A stretch of 50,613 bases of DNA. It comes from Fidelibacterota bacterium UBA2125. GTDB taxonomy: Bacteria; Fidelibacterota; Marinisomatia; Marinisomatales; S15-B10. The notes below the pieces were generated by a model. That model saw only the letters and a program-made list of their open reading frames with translations, was not told where the DNA came from and did not search any database. The stretch is from contig DCXX01000150.1 in the NCBI GenBank assembly GCA_002329125.1, positions 1 through 50,613 of the forward strand, in the 5' to 3' direction. How positions within the stretch are numbered: the first letter of the stretch is position 1; each line of letters starts with the position of its first letter. Positions 1 to 7,732 of the stretch are shown in pieces. The position numbers were made by a program, and so were the translations under genes.

Positions 1-138
1 TAAATATGATAGCCTTTTGCGTTGTGTCAGCGTTACTGACACTTAAGCTGTCTTGGGAAAAAACCAGAACTGGTGTAAGTACAGTAATAAGTATTCGCAA
101 GTACTTCAAATCCATTATTTTTCTTGAGATCAGATTTT

Positions 139-348
139 CTACTTCAGTAGAACCATCTTGCGTGTTTTTTGAAAGCCCTTAGCCTGTAGCCTGTAGATAT
201 AGACCCCGGCACTGACAGGGATACCCTGCTGGTCCTCCAGAAGTTTGAGGGTGCCGGCCTCATCCTGCTGCATGAGCTTAGAATAGTTCACCATGTCGGT
301 GAACATGATGGCGGCTAAACGTCTTACACTATTTTCTTGGTCAGCCAA
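139..348 (-). pseudogene. Chimeric remnant: class III adenylate/guanylate cyclase N-terminus fused in frame to a T9SS/FlgD-Ig-type C-terminal tail
   Basis: The N-half RRLAAIMFTDMVNYSKLMQQDEAGTL is the typical start of a class III cyclase. The C-half DQQGIPVSAGVYIYRLQAKGFQKTRKMVLLK* is the typical end of a Por/T9SS-type CTD. TTG start; only 69 aa, too short for either fold. Confidence 0.7.
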
Positions 349-423
349 TCAAATACCCCTTTTTGATATAGGCCAATAAAATCATCACAGGTTTTTAAAG
401 AATTCTATCTTAAAGAAAATAGG

Positions 424-699
424 TCAGCTATAATTCATTAAATGTGTGACGAGATTCTCTGAAGAAGATAACTTAAGCTTTTGTCGCAAGCGGAAACGGT
501 GGCTTTCTACTGATCGGACAGAAAGATCCATCATTTCAGAAATACCCTCGGTGTTATAACCGGCCCGGAGGTATGTACATACCTTGAACTGGGAGCCGGT
601 CAAGTCCGGATGCTTTTTGGTTATAATATGGATGAATGGACCATTATTTTGAGAGAACCTCGAAAAAAATTTGATCCAGTTATTTTCAGCTTTTATCAT
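424..699 (-). CDS. Small soluble LuxR-type (GerE-like) helix-turn-helix regulator
   Basis: HPDLTGSQFKVCTYLRAGYNTEGISEMMDLSVRSVESHRFRLRQKL is a LuxR C-terminal HTH and a clear paralog of the C-terminus of the adjacent gene. Confidence 0.8.
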   Translation of the reverse strand: MIKAENNWIKFFSRFSQNNGPFIHIITKKHPDLTGSQFKVCTYLRAGYNTEGISEMMDLSVRSVESHRFRLRQKLKLSSSENLVTHLMNYS

Positions 700-771
700 T
701 TATTCTGGTTGATTCAACACAACACTTTCACCGTTTATTGACCTGGCAAAGATTAATATGAAAAAAACGCA

Positions 772-805
772 GTAATGCTACGGCATTACCACGCAAACGG
801 CGTAA
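772..805. promoter_or_regulatory. Putative operator: CTACG/CCACG direct repeats within a GTAATGC-tacg-GCATTAC hairpin, upstream of the small LuxR gene
   Basis: ctacggcattaccacgcaaa (778-797) matches ctacggtaatactacgtaaa (2121-2140) at 16/20 positions. Confidence 0.55.
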
Positions 806-825
806 CTAGGCCCTTTTCGGCGGTA

Positions 826-1746
826 TTAAGAGGTACCGTTGGTACCGTTACCTGAAATGTTTAAAGAGTGGAGGAAGGTTACCAGGTTGGTATTGGGGGA
901 CAGGTTGAGTTTTTTTCTCAAACGATAGCGACGGCTTTCTACGGACCGGATGGAGAGTCCCGCAAGATTTGCGATCTCTTTGGTGTTCTGGTTCATTTTG
1001 AGGTAAGTACAGATTTTCATGTCCGCCGGCGTCAGATCGGGAAAATTATGGGAAAGAGTTTCCAAATATCCGGGATAGGCAGTCATGAACTGCTTTTCAA
1101 ACTCCTGCCAATCATTTTTTCCGTTGGAAGCCTCTTTGAGTTTGGACCGGAGTGGTTTTAAGACGGCCCGTTCCTCCTTGCTGGTCAGCAGGTTGGAAAA
1201 GTAGTCAACATCCTTCTTCAGTGAGTCTAAAAGTTCATTTTTTTGAATAACGTAGGTAGACATGTTGGCCAATTCACACTCTTTACACTCGAGCTCCGTT
1301 TTGAATACACTTCTGTCATGTTCGGCAATACGCCTCTTCTGGTCGGCGGTAGCTCGCTGGTTTCGGAAAAAAATAATGCCCAGACCCAGTATGAGGAATG
1401 TGAAAATAGAGGCCTGAGCGGTTTGTCGCCGCTTGGTTCGTTCTTCATCCAGGGCATGCTGATTGGTTTGAAGGCTCAGTGTCAGCTCGGAGCTGAGTTG
1501 AGAATGATCAATCTTGCGTGCTGAAAGGTCATCTTTTATTTCTGAAATACTATTTGATATAATTTCAGCGCCGCTCATATCTCCAAGCTGTATCAGAACT
1601 TGTTCTTTTTTCTCCAGAATTTGTATTTCATAGGTCAATAAGGAATCCAACATTTTTTCCTGGTTTTCTACAGATATATGGGTCTGGCCTGGCAGAGGGT
1701 GAGAAAAGCTTAGGGCAGTGAAACAAATCAAAATGCAATATTTCAT
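826..1746 (-). CDS. Membrane-anchored LuxR-type HTH regulator (signal peptide, short exported domain, TM helix, coiled coil, HTH)
   Basis: Signal-like MKYCILICFTALSFS (ATG 1746 preferred over the track start 1773). TM ASIFTFLILGLGIIFF; ELANMSTYVIQKNELL coiled coil; DWQEFEKQF...FPDLTPADMKICTYLKMNQNTKEIANLAGLSIRSVESRRYRLRKKL HTH, typical of FCB one-component regulators. Confidence 0.85.
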   Translation of the reverse strand: MKYCILICFTALSFSHPLPGQTHISVENQEKMLDSLLTYEIQILEKKEQVLIQLGDMSGAEIISNSISEIKDDLSARKIDHSQLSSELTLSLQTNQHALDEERTKRRQTAQASIFTFLILGLGIIFFRNQRATADQKRRIAEHDRSVFKTELECKECELANMSTYVIQKNELLDSLKKDVDYFSNLLTSKEERAVLKPLRSKLKEASNGKNDWQEFEKQFMTAYPGYLETLSHNFPDLTPADMKICTYLKMNQNTKEIANLAGLSIRSVESRRYRLRKKLNLSPNTNLVTFLHSLNISGNGTNGTS

Positions 1747-1754
1747 TACATTAA

Positions 1755-2148
1755 TACTACGCATTCTACGCATATATTGCGAACATTTTTTTATTAAATG
1801 CGTAGTGTTTTTTAAGCTATAATTGTAATATTATTTGGCGTCGGTAAAAGGTTTGCGTGGAATAAAAAAAATACCAATATTGTCTCAAATACCGAGAAGG
1901 GGATGATCTTATCCCATCTATCATTACCTTTTTTCTTTTAGTTCAAATGGGCCAAAATCGTGAGTTATCAATCAAAGGAGATTTTTGGAAAGTGAGTGGT
2001 AATAAAAGATAATATTTTGGAGGAAATATTTCAAAAACCACTACGCAAAATAATTTCAGGAAGAAAAATTTCCCTCTTCATCTTCCGTAACAATATTATG
2101 GCGGTAAAAATCAATGACAACTACGGTAATACTACGTAAATGCGTTAA
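1755..2148. promoter_or_regulatory. Cluster of CTACG(CA) operator-like repeats upstream of the membrane LuxR gene
   Basis: CTACGCA at 1757, 1766 and 2041; CTACG at 2121 and 2132; inverted TGCGTAG at 1799; GTTTGCGTGG at 1851, the exact reverse complement of 789-798. Confidence 0.55.
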
Positions 2149-2269
2149 TTTGAAGTAGGAGGGCGGTTTTTCGGGATTGGGGAAAATGGTGGTAAGCATT
2201 TAAGGCTCTCAAGGGATTTTGGGAACTAACACCTGTTCAGGCGTTTCAGGTGAAGTAAATTCCTGTGAA

Positions 2270-3244
2270 ATGTTTGTTGATTATGCAAAAATCAAGGTCT
2301 CGGCTGGCAACGGTGGCAACGGCTGTGTCAGCTTCCGGAGGCAAAAGTTTGTTCCCAAAGGAGGTCCTGACGGGGGTAACGGAGGTAAAGGAGGCGATGT
2401 TATCTTCAGGGTGGACAGTCAGCTCCACACACTTCAGGACATAAAGTATAAAAAATCCTATAGTGCTGCTAACGGAGGAGACGGCTCCAGCAGCCGGAAA
2501 ACAGGTCAGAATGGAGATGATATCATTATACCTGTTCCACCGGGCACCGTCCTTACAAAAGTGGGAGAGAAAAGGATCGCCGCCGATCTGGTGAAAGAAG
2601 GGGACGAGTTCCAGGGAGCTGAAGCGGGCCTTGGCGGACGGGGCAATCATGAATTTGCCACATCCACGCACCAGTCTCCCCGTGAGTCTGAGCCGGGTAA
2701 GCCCGGTGAAGAGTTTATCTATGAACTGGAGCTTAAACTGCTGGCCGATGTGGGCCTTGTGGGCCTGCCCAATGCCGGTAAGTCTACACTCCTTTCCAAA
2801 CTGTCCGCAGCCCGGCCAAAAATCGCTGATTATCCTTTTACCACACTGGAGCCGCATCTGGGCATTGTGAAATACGGCGATTTCGACTCTTTTGTCATGG
2901 TGGACATCCCCGGCCTCATCGAAGGTGCCAGCAAGGGAAAAGGGATGGGGATTCGGTTTCTTCGGCATATCGAACGGACGTCCGTCCTGGCACTTCTTAT
3001 CGATATTACTGATGAGGATCCGGACGCTACCGTGTCTACTCTTCTGGATGAATTGAAAAATCATAACAAGGCACTTCTTAAAAGACCCAGAGTGGTGGTC
3101 TTTACCAAGCGGGACCTACTGCCTGCCGAGGCTGAACTACCTCAGCTTAAAGACGGCGAGACCGCCTCATTTATCTCCTCAGTTTCCGGGGAGGGGCTTT
3201 CTGAGCTTGTTCCCCAACTGGCACAACTTTGCCATGAAGACTGA
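2270..3244 (+). CDS. obgE: GTPase ObgE/CgtA
   Basis: MFVDYAKI start (ATG 2270), Gly-rich Obg domain GGPDGGNGGKGG, G1 GLPNAGKS, YPFTTL, DIPG, TKRD. Confidence 0.97.
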   Translation: MFVDYAKIKVSAGNGGNGCVSFRRQKFVPKGGPDGGNGGKGGDVIFRVDSQLHTLQDIKYKKSYSAANGGDGSSSRKTGQNGDDIIIPVPPGTVLTKVGEKRIAADLVKEGDEFQGAEAGLGGRGNHEFATSTHQSPRESEPGKPGEEFIYELELKLLADVGLVGLPNAGKSTLLSKLSAARPKIADYPFTTLEPHLGIVKYGDFDSFVMVDIPGLIEGASKGKGMGIRFLRHIERTSVLALLIDITDEDPDATVSTLLDELKNHNKALLKRPRVVVFTKRDLLPAEAELPQLKDGETASFISSVSGEGLSELVPQLAQLCHED

Positions 3245-4328
3245 TCAACTCCGCTCACTTCTGACACTTGGGAGTATTCCCGGCATGGGGCCAGCCCGGA
3301 TCCGGACAGCCGTCAGCACTTTCAAATCTCCCCGGGGTGTCTTTGAAGCCTCTTTCAATGACCTGTGCCAGATGAAGGGGATAAATATGAAGCTGGCCAG
3401 AAACATTTTGGACTTTTCCCGGACCGACAGTGCGGATATACAGATGGAAAAAGCTGCAGAATCGGGTGCCCATATCATTACCATCTGGGATGACAGCTAT
3501 CCACCCCTCCTCAAAAAGATCTATGATGCACCTGTTCTCCTTTATCTGAAAGGGTCGGTAGAAAACCTTAATAACGACGCCGTGGCCGTTGTTGGTACCC
3601 GCAAGAGCACCCCTTACGGTAAGAGAGTGGCAACTGAACTGGGGGAAGGGCTTGCCTCGGCAGGGCTCACTGTGGTGAGCGGCCTTGCCAGTGGAATTGA
3701 TACGGTGGCGCACAAAGCAGCACTGTCGGTAGATGGTCTTACCACGGCGGTGCTGGGGAACGGCCTTGACACAGTTTACCCCTCAGCAAACAGGCAGTTG
3801 ACAAAGAATATTGAAAAGAACGGTACGATAATTTCCGAGTTTCCCTTCGGCACCAAACCGGACGCCTCCAATTTCCCCAAGCGGAATCGCATCATCAGCG
3901 GTCTTTCCCATGCAACCGTGGTGGTGGAAGCGGGAGACAGGAGCGGCGCCATTCTCACCGCTCTCGATGCCGTGGATCAGAACAGGGATCTGTTTGCCGT
4001 GGCTGGCCGCCTCACAGATTCGAAAAGTCTTGGTTGCCTCCGGCTTATCCGTAACGGCGCTATTCCGTATCATACTGTTCAGCATCTGCTGGATATTCTC
4101 AATCCACGCCTCAGTGAGCCGTTGACTTCGGTACAGAAGGAGATGGACCTCCATCTCACAAAAGAGGAGAAAAAACTGTTCAGCAAGTTAACAACCGACC
4201 CGAAACATGTGGACGATATTGTCACCGCTGCCGGAAGCGATCCTTCAACCGTTCTCACACTTTTACTTGAACTTGAACTGAAAGGGGCCGTTCTTCAGCT
4301 GTCAGGTAAACACTATGTACGTGCGTAG
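3234..4328 (+). CDS. dprA: DNA-processing protein DprA
   Basis: YPPLLKKIYDAP, VAVVGTR, VSGLASGID, FPKRNRIISGLS, VVEAGDRSGA and a C-terminal winged helix (LLELELKG). ATG 3234 overlaps the end of obgE. Confidence 0.95.
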   Translation: MKTDQLRSLLTLGSIPGMGPARIRTAVSTFKSPRGVFEASFNDLCQMKGINMKLARNILDFSRTDSADIQMEKAAESGAHIITIWDDSYPPLLKKIYDAPVLLYLKGSVENLNNDAVAVVGTRKSTPYGKRVATELGEGLASAGLTVVSGLASGIDTVAHKAALSVDGLTTAVLGNGLDTVYPSANRQLTKNIEKNGTIISEFPFGTKPDASNFPKRNRIISGLSHATVVVEAGDRSGAILTALDAVDQNRDLFAVAGRLTDSKSLGCLRLIRNGAIPYHTVQHLLDILNPRLSEPLTSVQKEMDLHLTKEEKKLFSKLTTDPKHVDDIVTAAGSDPSTVLTLLLELELKGAVLQLSGKHYVRA

Positions 4329-4372
4329 AAGAGGAAGGCAGATTAAATTTCTTGACTGAAGAAGATGAGTCT

Positions 4373-5407
4373 ATGAGTTCTGATAACGACAAAAATAACA
4401 GGTGGTCCGCAGTTAAGGTTATGCTGGATAATGCGGAAAATGTCATCCTTTCCACACATATGAATCCGGATGGCGACGGCCTTGGATCACAGCTTGCCAT
4501 GGCAAACTATCTTGAGAGCCACGGAAAGACCGGTACCATCCTTAATCCGTCACCTGTTCCTGAAGACCTCCATTTTATGATGGATTATGCCGATTTCCGC
4601 CACTACGATAGGGATAACCACAACCATCTCTTGGCGAAGGCTGACCTGGCCATCATTTTTGACATTGGTGATTATGGACGCTTGGGCTACCTGGGGGAAG
4701 ATTTGCTTCAATGCAAAATGAAGACGATCTCTATCGACCACCACCCTCATGAAAATCAAAATGGTTTTTCTCATGTCGTTCACGATGTCTCTGCCTGTGC
4801 CACAGGTTACCTCGTCTACGATTTTCTGAAGTATGCGAATGGGTCTGAGCAGACTATTCCTGAAACAGTGGCCAATGGGCTCTACGTTGCGCTCATGACA
4901 GATACCGGTTCCTTCAGGTTCAACAATACCGATGCCAGGGCCCACGAAATGGCCAGTGAATTGATCCGGTCCGGTGTCAAGCCTTACGATCTTTATCAGC
5001 AGGTCTACGAGTCTATGCCCATGGAAAAGGTGAAGCTTATGGGAACTGTGCTGGAAGATATTCATCTTTCCGCTGCCGGTAGACTGGCATGGTTTACGGT
5101 CACCCGAGAGATGATCGAAGATACGGGAGCATCCAGTGGACATGTGAGCGGTTTTACGGACACTGTCCGGTCCGTGAAAGGTGTTGAAGTAGCCGTTATG
5201 ATACATGAAATTTCCGATAACAAAACTCGACTGAATTTCCGCTCCAAGGGAAAAGTGAAAATTGACGGCTTGGCCCGGGAGTTTGGTGGTGGTGGTCACC
5301 CATTTGCCGCTGGTGCGGTTGTTAAGCAGGCTCTGGACACAACCAGAGAGGCGATCATCCCTGCAACTGTAAGTGAGATTGAGAAACAGTTGGGAAAAGA
5401 CAGTTAG
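4373..5407 (+). CDS. nrnA: DHH/DHHA1 phosphoesterase (NrnA-like nanoRNase/pAp phosphatase)
   Basis: HMNPDGDGLGS, IDHH, TDTGSF and GGGGHPFAAG motifs. Start uncertain (4352 TTG or 4373 ATG). Confidence 0.88.
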   Translation: MSSDNDKNNRWSAVKVMLDNAENVILSTHMNPDGDGLGSQLAMANYLESHGKTGTILNPSPVPEDLHFMMDYADFRHYDRDNHNHLLAKADLAIIFDIGDYGRLGYLGEDLLQCKMKTISIDHHPHENQNGFSHVVHDVSACATGYLVYDFLKYANGSEQTIPETVANGLYVALMTDTGSFRFNNTDARAHEMASELIRSGVKPYDLYQQVYESMPMEKVKLMGTVLEDIHLSAAGRLAWFTVTREMIEDTGASSGHVSGFTDTVRSVKGVEVAVMIHEISDNKTRLNFRSKGKVKIDGLAREFGGGGHPFAAGAVVKQALDTTREAIIPATVSEIEKQLGKDS

Positions 5408-5409
5408 CT

Positions 5410-6267
5410 GTGAAAATCACCATTGCCAAAGATGCGGGCTACTGTTTCGGTGTGCGGGACGCCGTGAACCTTGCCTATAAAAGTGCCGAGGAAAACGGTG
5501 AGATCTACATGCTGGGAGACATTGTTCACAACGAGCAGGTGGTATCGGATCTGGCTGGTACGGGAACGAAAGTGGTAGACAATCTAAACGGGATACCCAA
5601 TGATAAACCGGTCCTTTTCCGTGCCCATGGCACTGAAACCAAGGTGTGGGAGGATGCTCTCGGTAAGGGGCTGGACATTATTGATGCCACCTGTCCCCTG
5701 GTGCAGGAGATACATGATGAGGTGAGAAAGCTCGCAAAGGATGGTCGGCAGATCATTATTATCGGCGACCACGGGCATGACGAAGTTGTGGGCATTATGA
5801 GTCATGCGAAGAATTCCGTTGTCATTGCCTCACCAAAAGAAGCTCATGCTCTCAACAAAATGAAGCGGGCGGGCGTGGTGAGCCAGTCAACCCAGTCCAT
5901 TGAGAATGTTCAGGAAATCATCAATATTTTGATGACAAAAGTATTCGATCTTCATTTCATCAACACGATCTGCTTTCCTACAAAGCAGAACCAGGAGCAG
6001 ATAAAAACATTGGCTTCTGAAAATGATGTTATGGTTATAATAGGTTCATTTACCAGTGCCAACTCCAAAAGACTTACTCTGTTGTCGCTGGAAATAAATA
6101 AAAACACGTACCAGGTGAATAGCGCTGACGAAATCGATCCCTCGTGGTTTGATCAGGGGGAAAAAGTCGGTATCTCTGCCGGAGCTTCCACACCTGATTA
6201 TCTTATTGATCAGGTCTACCAAAAGATTAAACAGCTTTCACCTGAACTCGAGGAGGTGTACGAATAA
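5410..6267 (+). CDS. ispH: 4-hydroxy-3-methylbut-2-enyl diphosphate reductase
   Basis: Three Fe-S cysteines (GYCFGV, DATCP, TIC), plus IVHN, RAHG, HDEV, SANS and AGASTP. Confidence 0.95.
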   Translation: MKITIAKDAGYCFGVRDAVNLAYKSAEENGEIYMLGDIVHNEQVVSDLAGTGTKVVDNLNGIPNDKPVLFRAHGTETKVWEDALGKGLDIIDATCPLVQEIHDEVRKLAKDGRQIIIIGDHGHDEVVGIMSHAKNSVVIASPKEAHALNKMKRAGVVSQSTQSIENVQEIINILMTKVFDLHFINTICFPTKQNQEQIKTLASENDVMVIIGSFTSANSKRLTLLSLEINKNTYQVNSADEIDPSWFDQGEKVGISAGASTPDYLIDQVYQKIKQLSPELEEVYE

Positions 6268-7148
6268 TGGAAAAAGGTTCATTTGAAGTAAAGGTCGGTT
6301 TGGCAGAAATGTTAAAGGGTGGCGTCATTATGGATGTCACCAATGCTGAACAGGCAAAAATTGCCGAGGATGCCGGTGCCGTCTCCGTTATGGCACTGGA
6401 GCGCATTCCGGCTGATATCCGTGCTGACGGCGGCATTGCTCGTATGTCCAGTCCGCAGGTGATCAAAGAAATCCAGGAAACTGTCTCCATTCCTGTCATG
6501 GCGAAATGCCGCATCGGCCATTTTGCCGAGGCGCAGGTGCTGGAGTCACTAAGTGTCGATTTTATCGATGAGAGTGAAGTGCTAACGCCGGCGGATGAGC
6601 ACAATCATATTGATAAGCACGCATCCAAGGTACCTTTTGTCTGCGGCTGCCGAGACCTTGGTGAAGCGCTCCGGCGTATTGGAGAAGGTGCCGCCATGAT
6701 CAGAACTAAAGGTGAAGCAGGCAGCGGAAATATTGTTGAAGCTGTTCGTCACATGCGGCAGGTGCAAAAAGATATAAAATTACTCACCGTCCTTGGAGAC
6801 GATGAACTTATGGCCAAGTCCAAGGATCTCGGTGCTCCTTACAGCCTGGTGAAACAGGTGGGCAAGCTTGGAAAACTTCCCGTTCCCAACTTTGCTGCTG
6901 GCGGCATTGCCACTCCGGCGGATGCATCTCTTATGATGCAGCTTGGGGCGGAAAGTGTTTTTGTAGGCTCGGGTATCTTTAAGTCGGAAGATCCACCGGT
7001 AAGGGCAAAGGCCATAGTGGCGTCAGTCACTTATTATAACGATCCGGCCAAGCTGGCTGAAGTTTCATACGATCTCCAGAAAGCGATGAAGGGTCTGGAT
7101 ATGGCTGAGATTCCTGAAGGAGAACGTCTCCAGGAGCGCGGCTGGTAG
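6267..7148 (+). CDS. pdxS: PLP synthase lyase subunit PdxS
   Basis: [37 protein letters not shown] and C-terminal LQERGW. Confidence 0.97.
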   Translation: MEKGSFEVKVGLAEMLKGGVIMDVTNAEQAKIAEDAGAVSVMALERIPADIRADGGIARMSSPQVIKEIQETVSIPVMAKCRIGHFAEAQVLESLSVDFIDESEVLTPADEHNHIDKHASKVPFVCGCRDLGEALRRIGEGAAMIRTKGEAGSGNIVEAVRHMRQVQKDIKLLTVLGDDELMAKSKDLGAPYSLVKQVGKLGKLPVPNFAAGGIATPADASLMMQLGAESVFVGSGIFKSEDPPVRAKAIVASVTYYNDPAKLAEVSYDLQKAMKGLDMAEIPEGERLQERGW

Positions 7149-7732
7149 TGAAGCGAATTGGCGTCCTCGGATTGCAGGGGGCGTATGCCAAACATTTGGC
7201 TATTCTTCAACAGCTGGATGTCCAGGCTGTGGATGTGAGAAAGGGTGAAGATCTTGAAAAGTGCCATGGTCTCATCATCCCCGGCGGGGAATCAACCACC
7301 ATGACCAAGCTCATCAATGAAATTGATATGCATGACGCCTTGCTCAAATTTTCCGTTGACCGTCCGGTGTTCGGAACCTGTGCTGGTATGATACTCATGG
7401 CCACCAAAGTAGACGATGACCGAGTGGAGACACTTAACCTTCTTGACATAGAGGTAGAGCGTAACGCTTATGGACGCCAGATCGATTCCTTTATTGATGA
7501 GCTGGATGTCACAACCAACGGTCACCCCTTTTCCATGCGCGGCATTTTTATCCGGGCGCCTAGGATCAAGAACATTGGTGACGAAGTTGAGGTTCTGGCA
7601 TCTGTTAATGGTGAACCGGTCCTTGTTCAGCAAGGGCACCATATGGCGGCTGCATTTCATCCTGAATTAACGGGCGAGACGCGAATTCATAACTACTTTT
7701 CTACTCTGAAAGGAGAAATGTCACTTGCCTGA
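7148..7732 (+). CDS. pdxT: PLP synthase glutaminase subunit PdxT
   Basis: GVLGLQG, PGGESTT, GTCAG, RNAYGRQIDSF, FIRAP, FHPELT. Confidence 0.97.
   Translation: MKRIGVLGLQGAYAKHLAILQQLDVQAVDVRKGEDLEKCHGLIIPGGESTTMTKLINEIDMHDALLKFSVDRPVFGTCAGMILMATKVDDDRVETLNLLDIEVERNAYGRQIDSFIDELDVTTNGHPFSMRGIFIRAPRIKNIGDEVEVLASVNGEPVLVQQGHHMAAAFHPELTGETRIHNYFSTLKGEMSLA

Noticed and set aside
832-852. Tandem GGTACCGTT x2 at the end of the LuxR gene
   Set aside because: A 9-bp duplication encoding the NGTNGT tail; too short to indicate an att site or repeat array.
772-2148. CTACG repeats considered as a CRISPR array, iterons or invertible-promoter repeats
   Set aside because: Cores are only 5-10 bp, irregularly spaced, with no spacer periodicity and no cas, rep or recombinase gene in the window; an operator is the better reading.
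2246-3064. 272-aa minus-strand ORF
   Set aside because: Lies antisense to the well-supported obgE and has no recognisable motifs; a codon-structure shadow.
3234-4328. dprA as part of a defence or competence island
   Set aside because: It sits in a housekeeping context with no com, PRTase-partner or defence genes adjacent.
4550-5299. 249-aa minus-strand ORF, and the other short antisense or alternate-frame ORFs in the track
   Set aside because: They overlap confidently identified + strand genes and show no family motifs.
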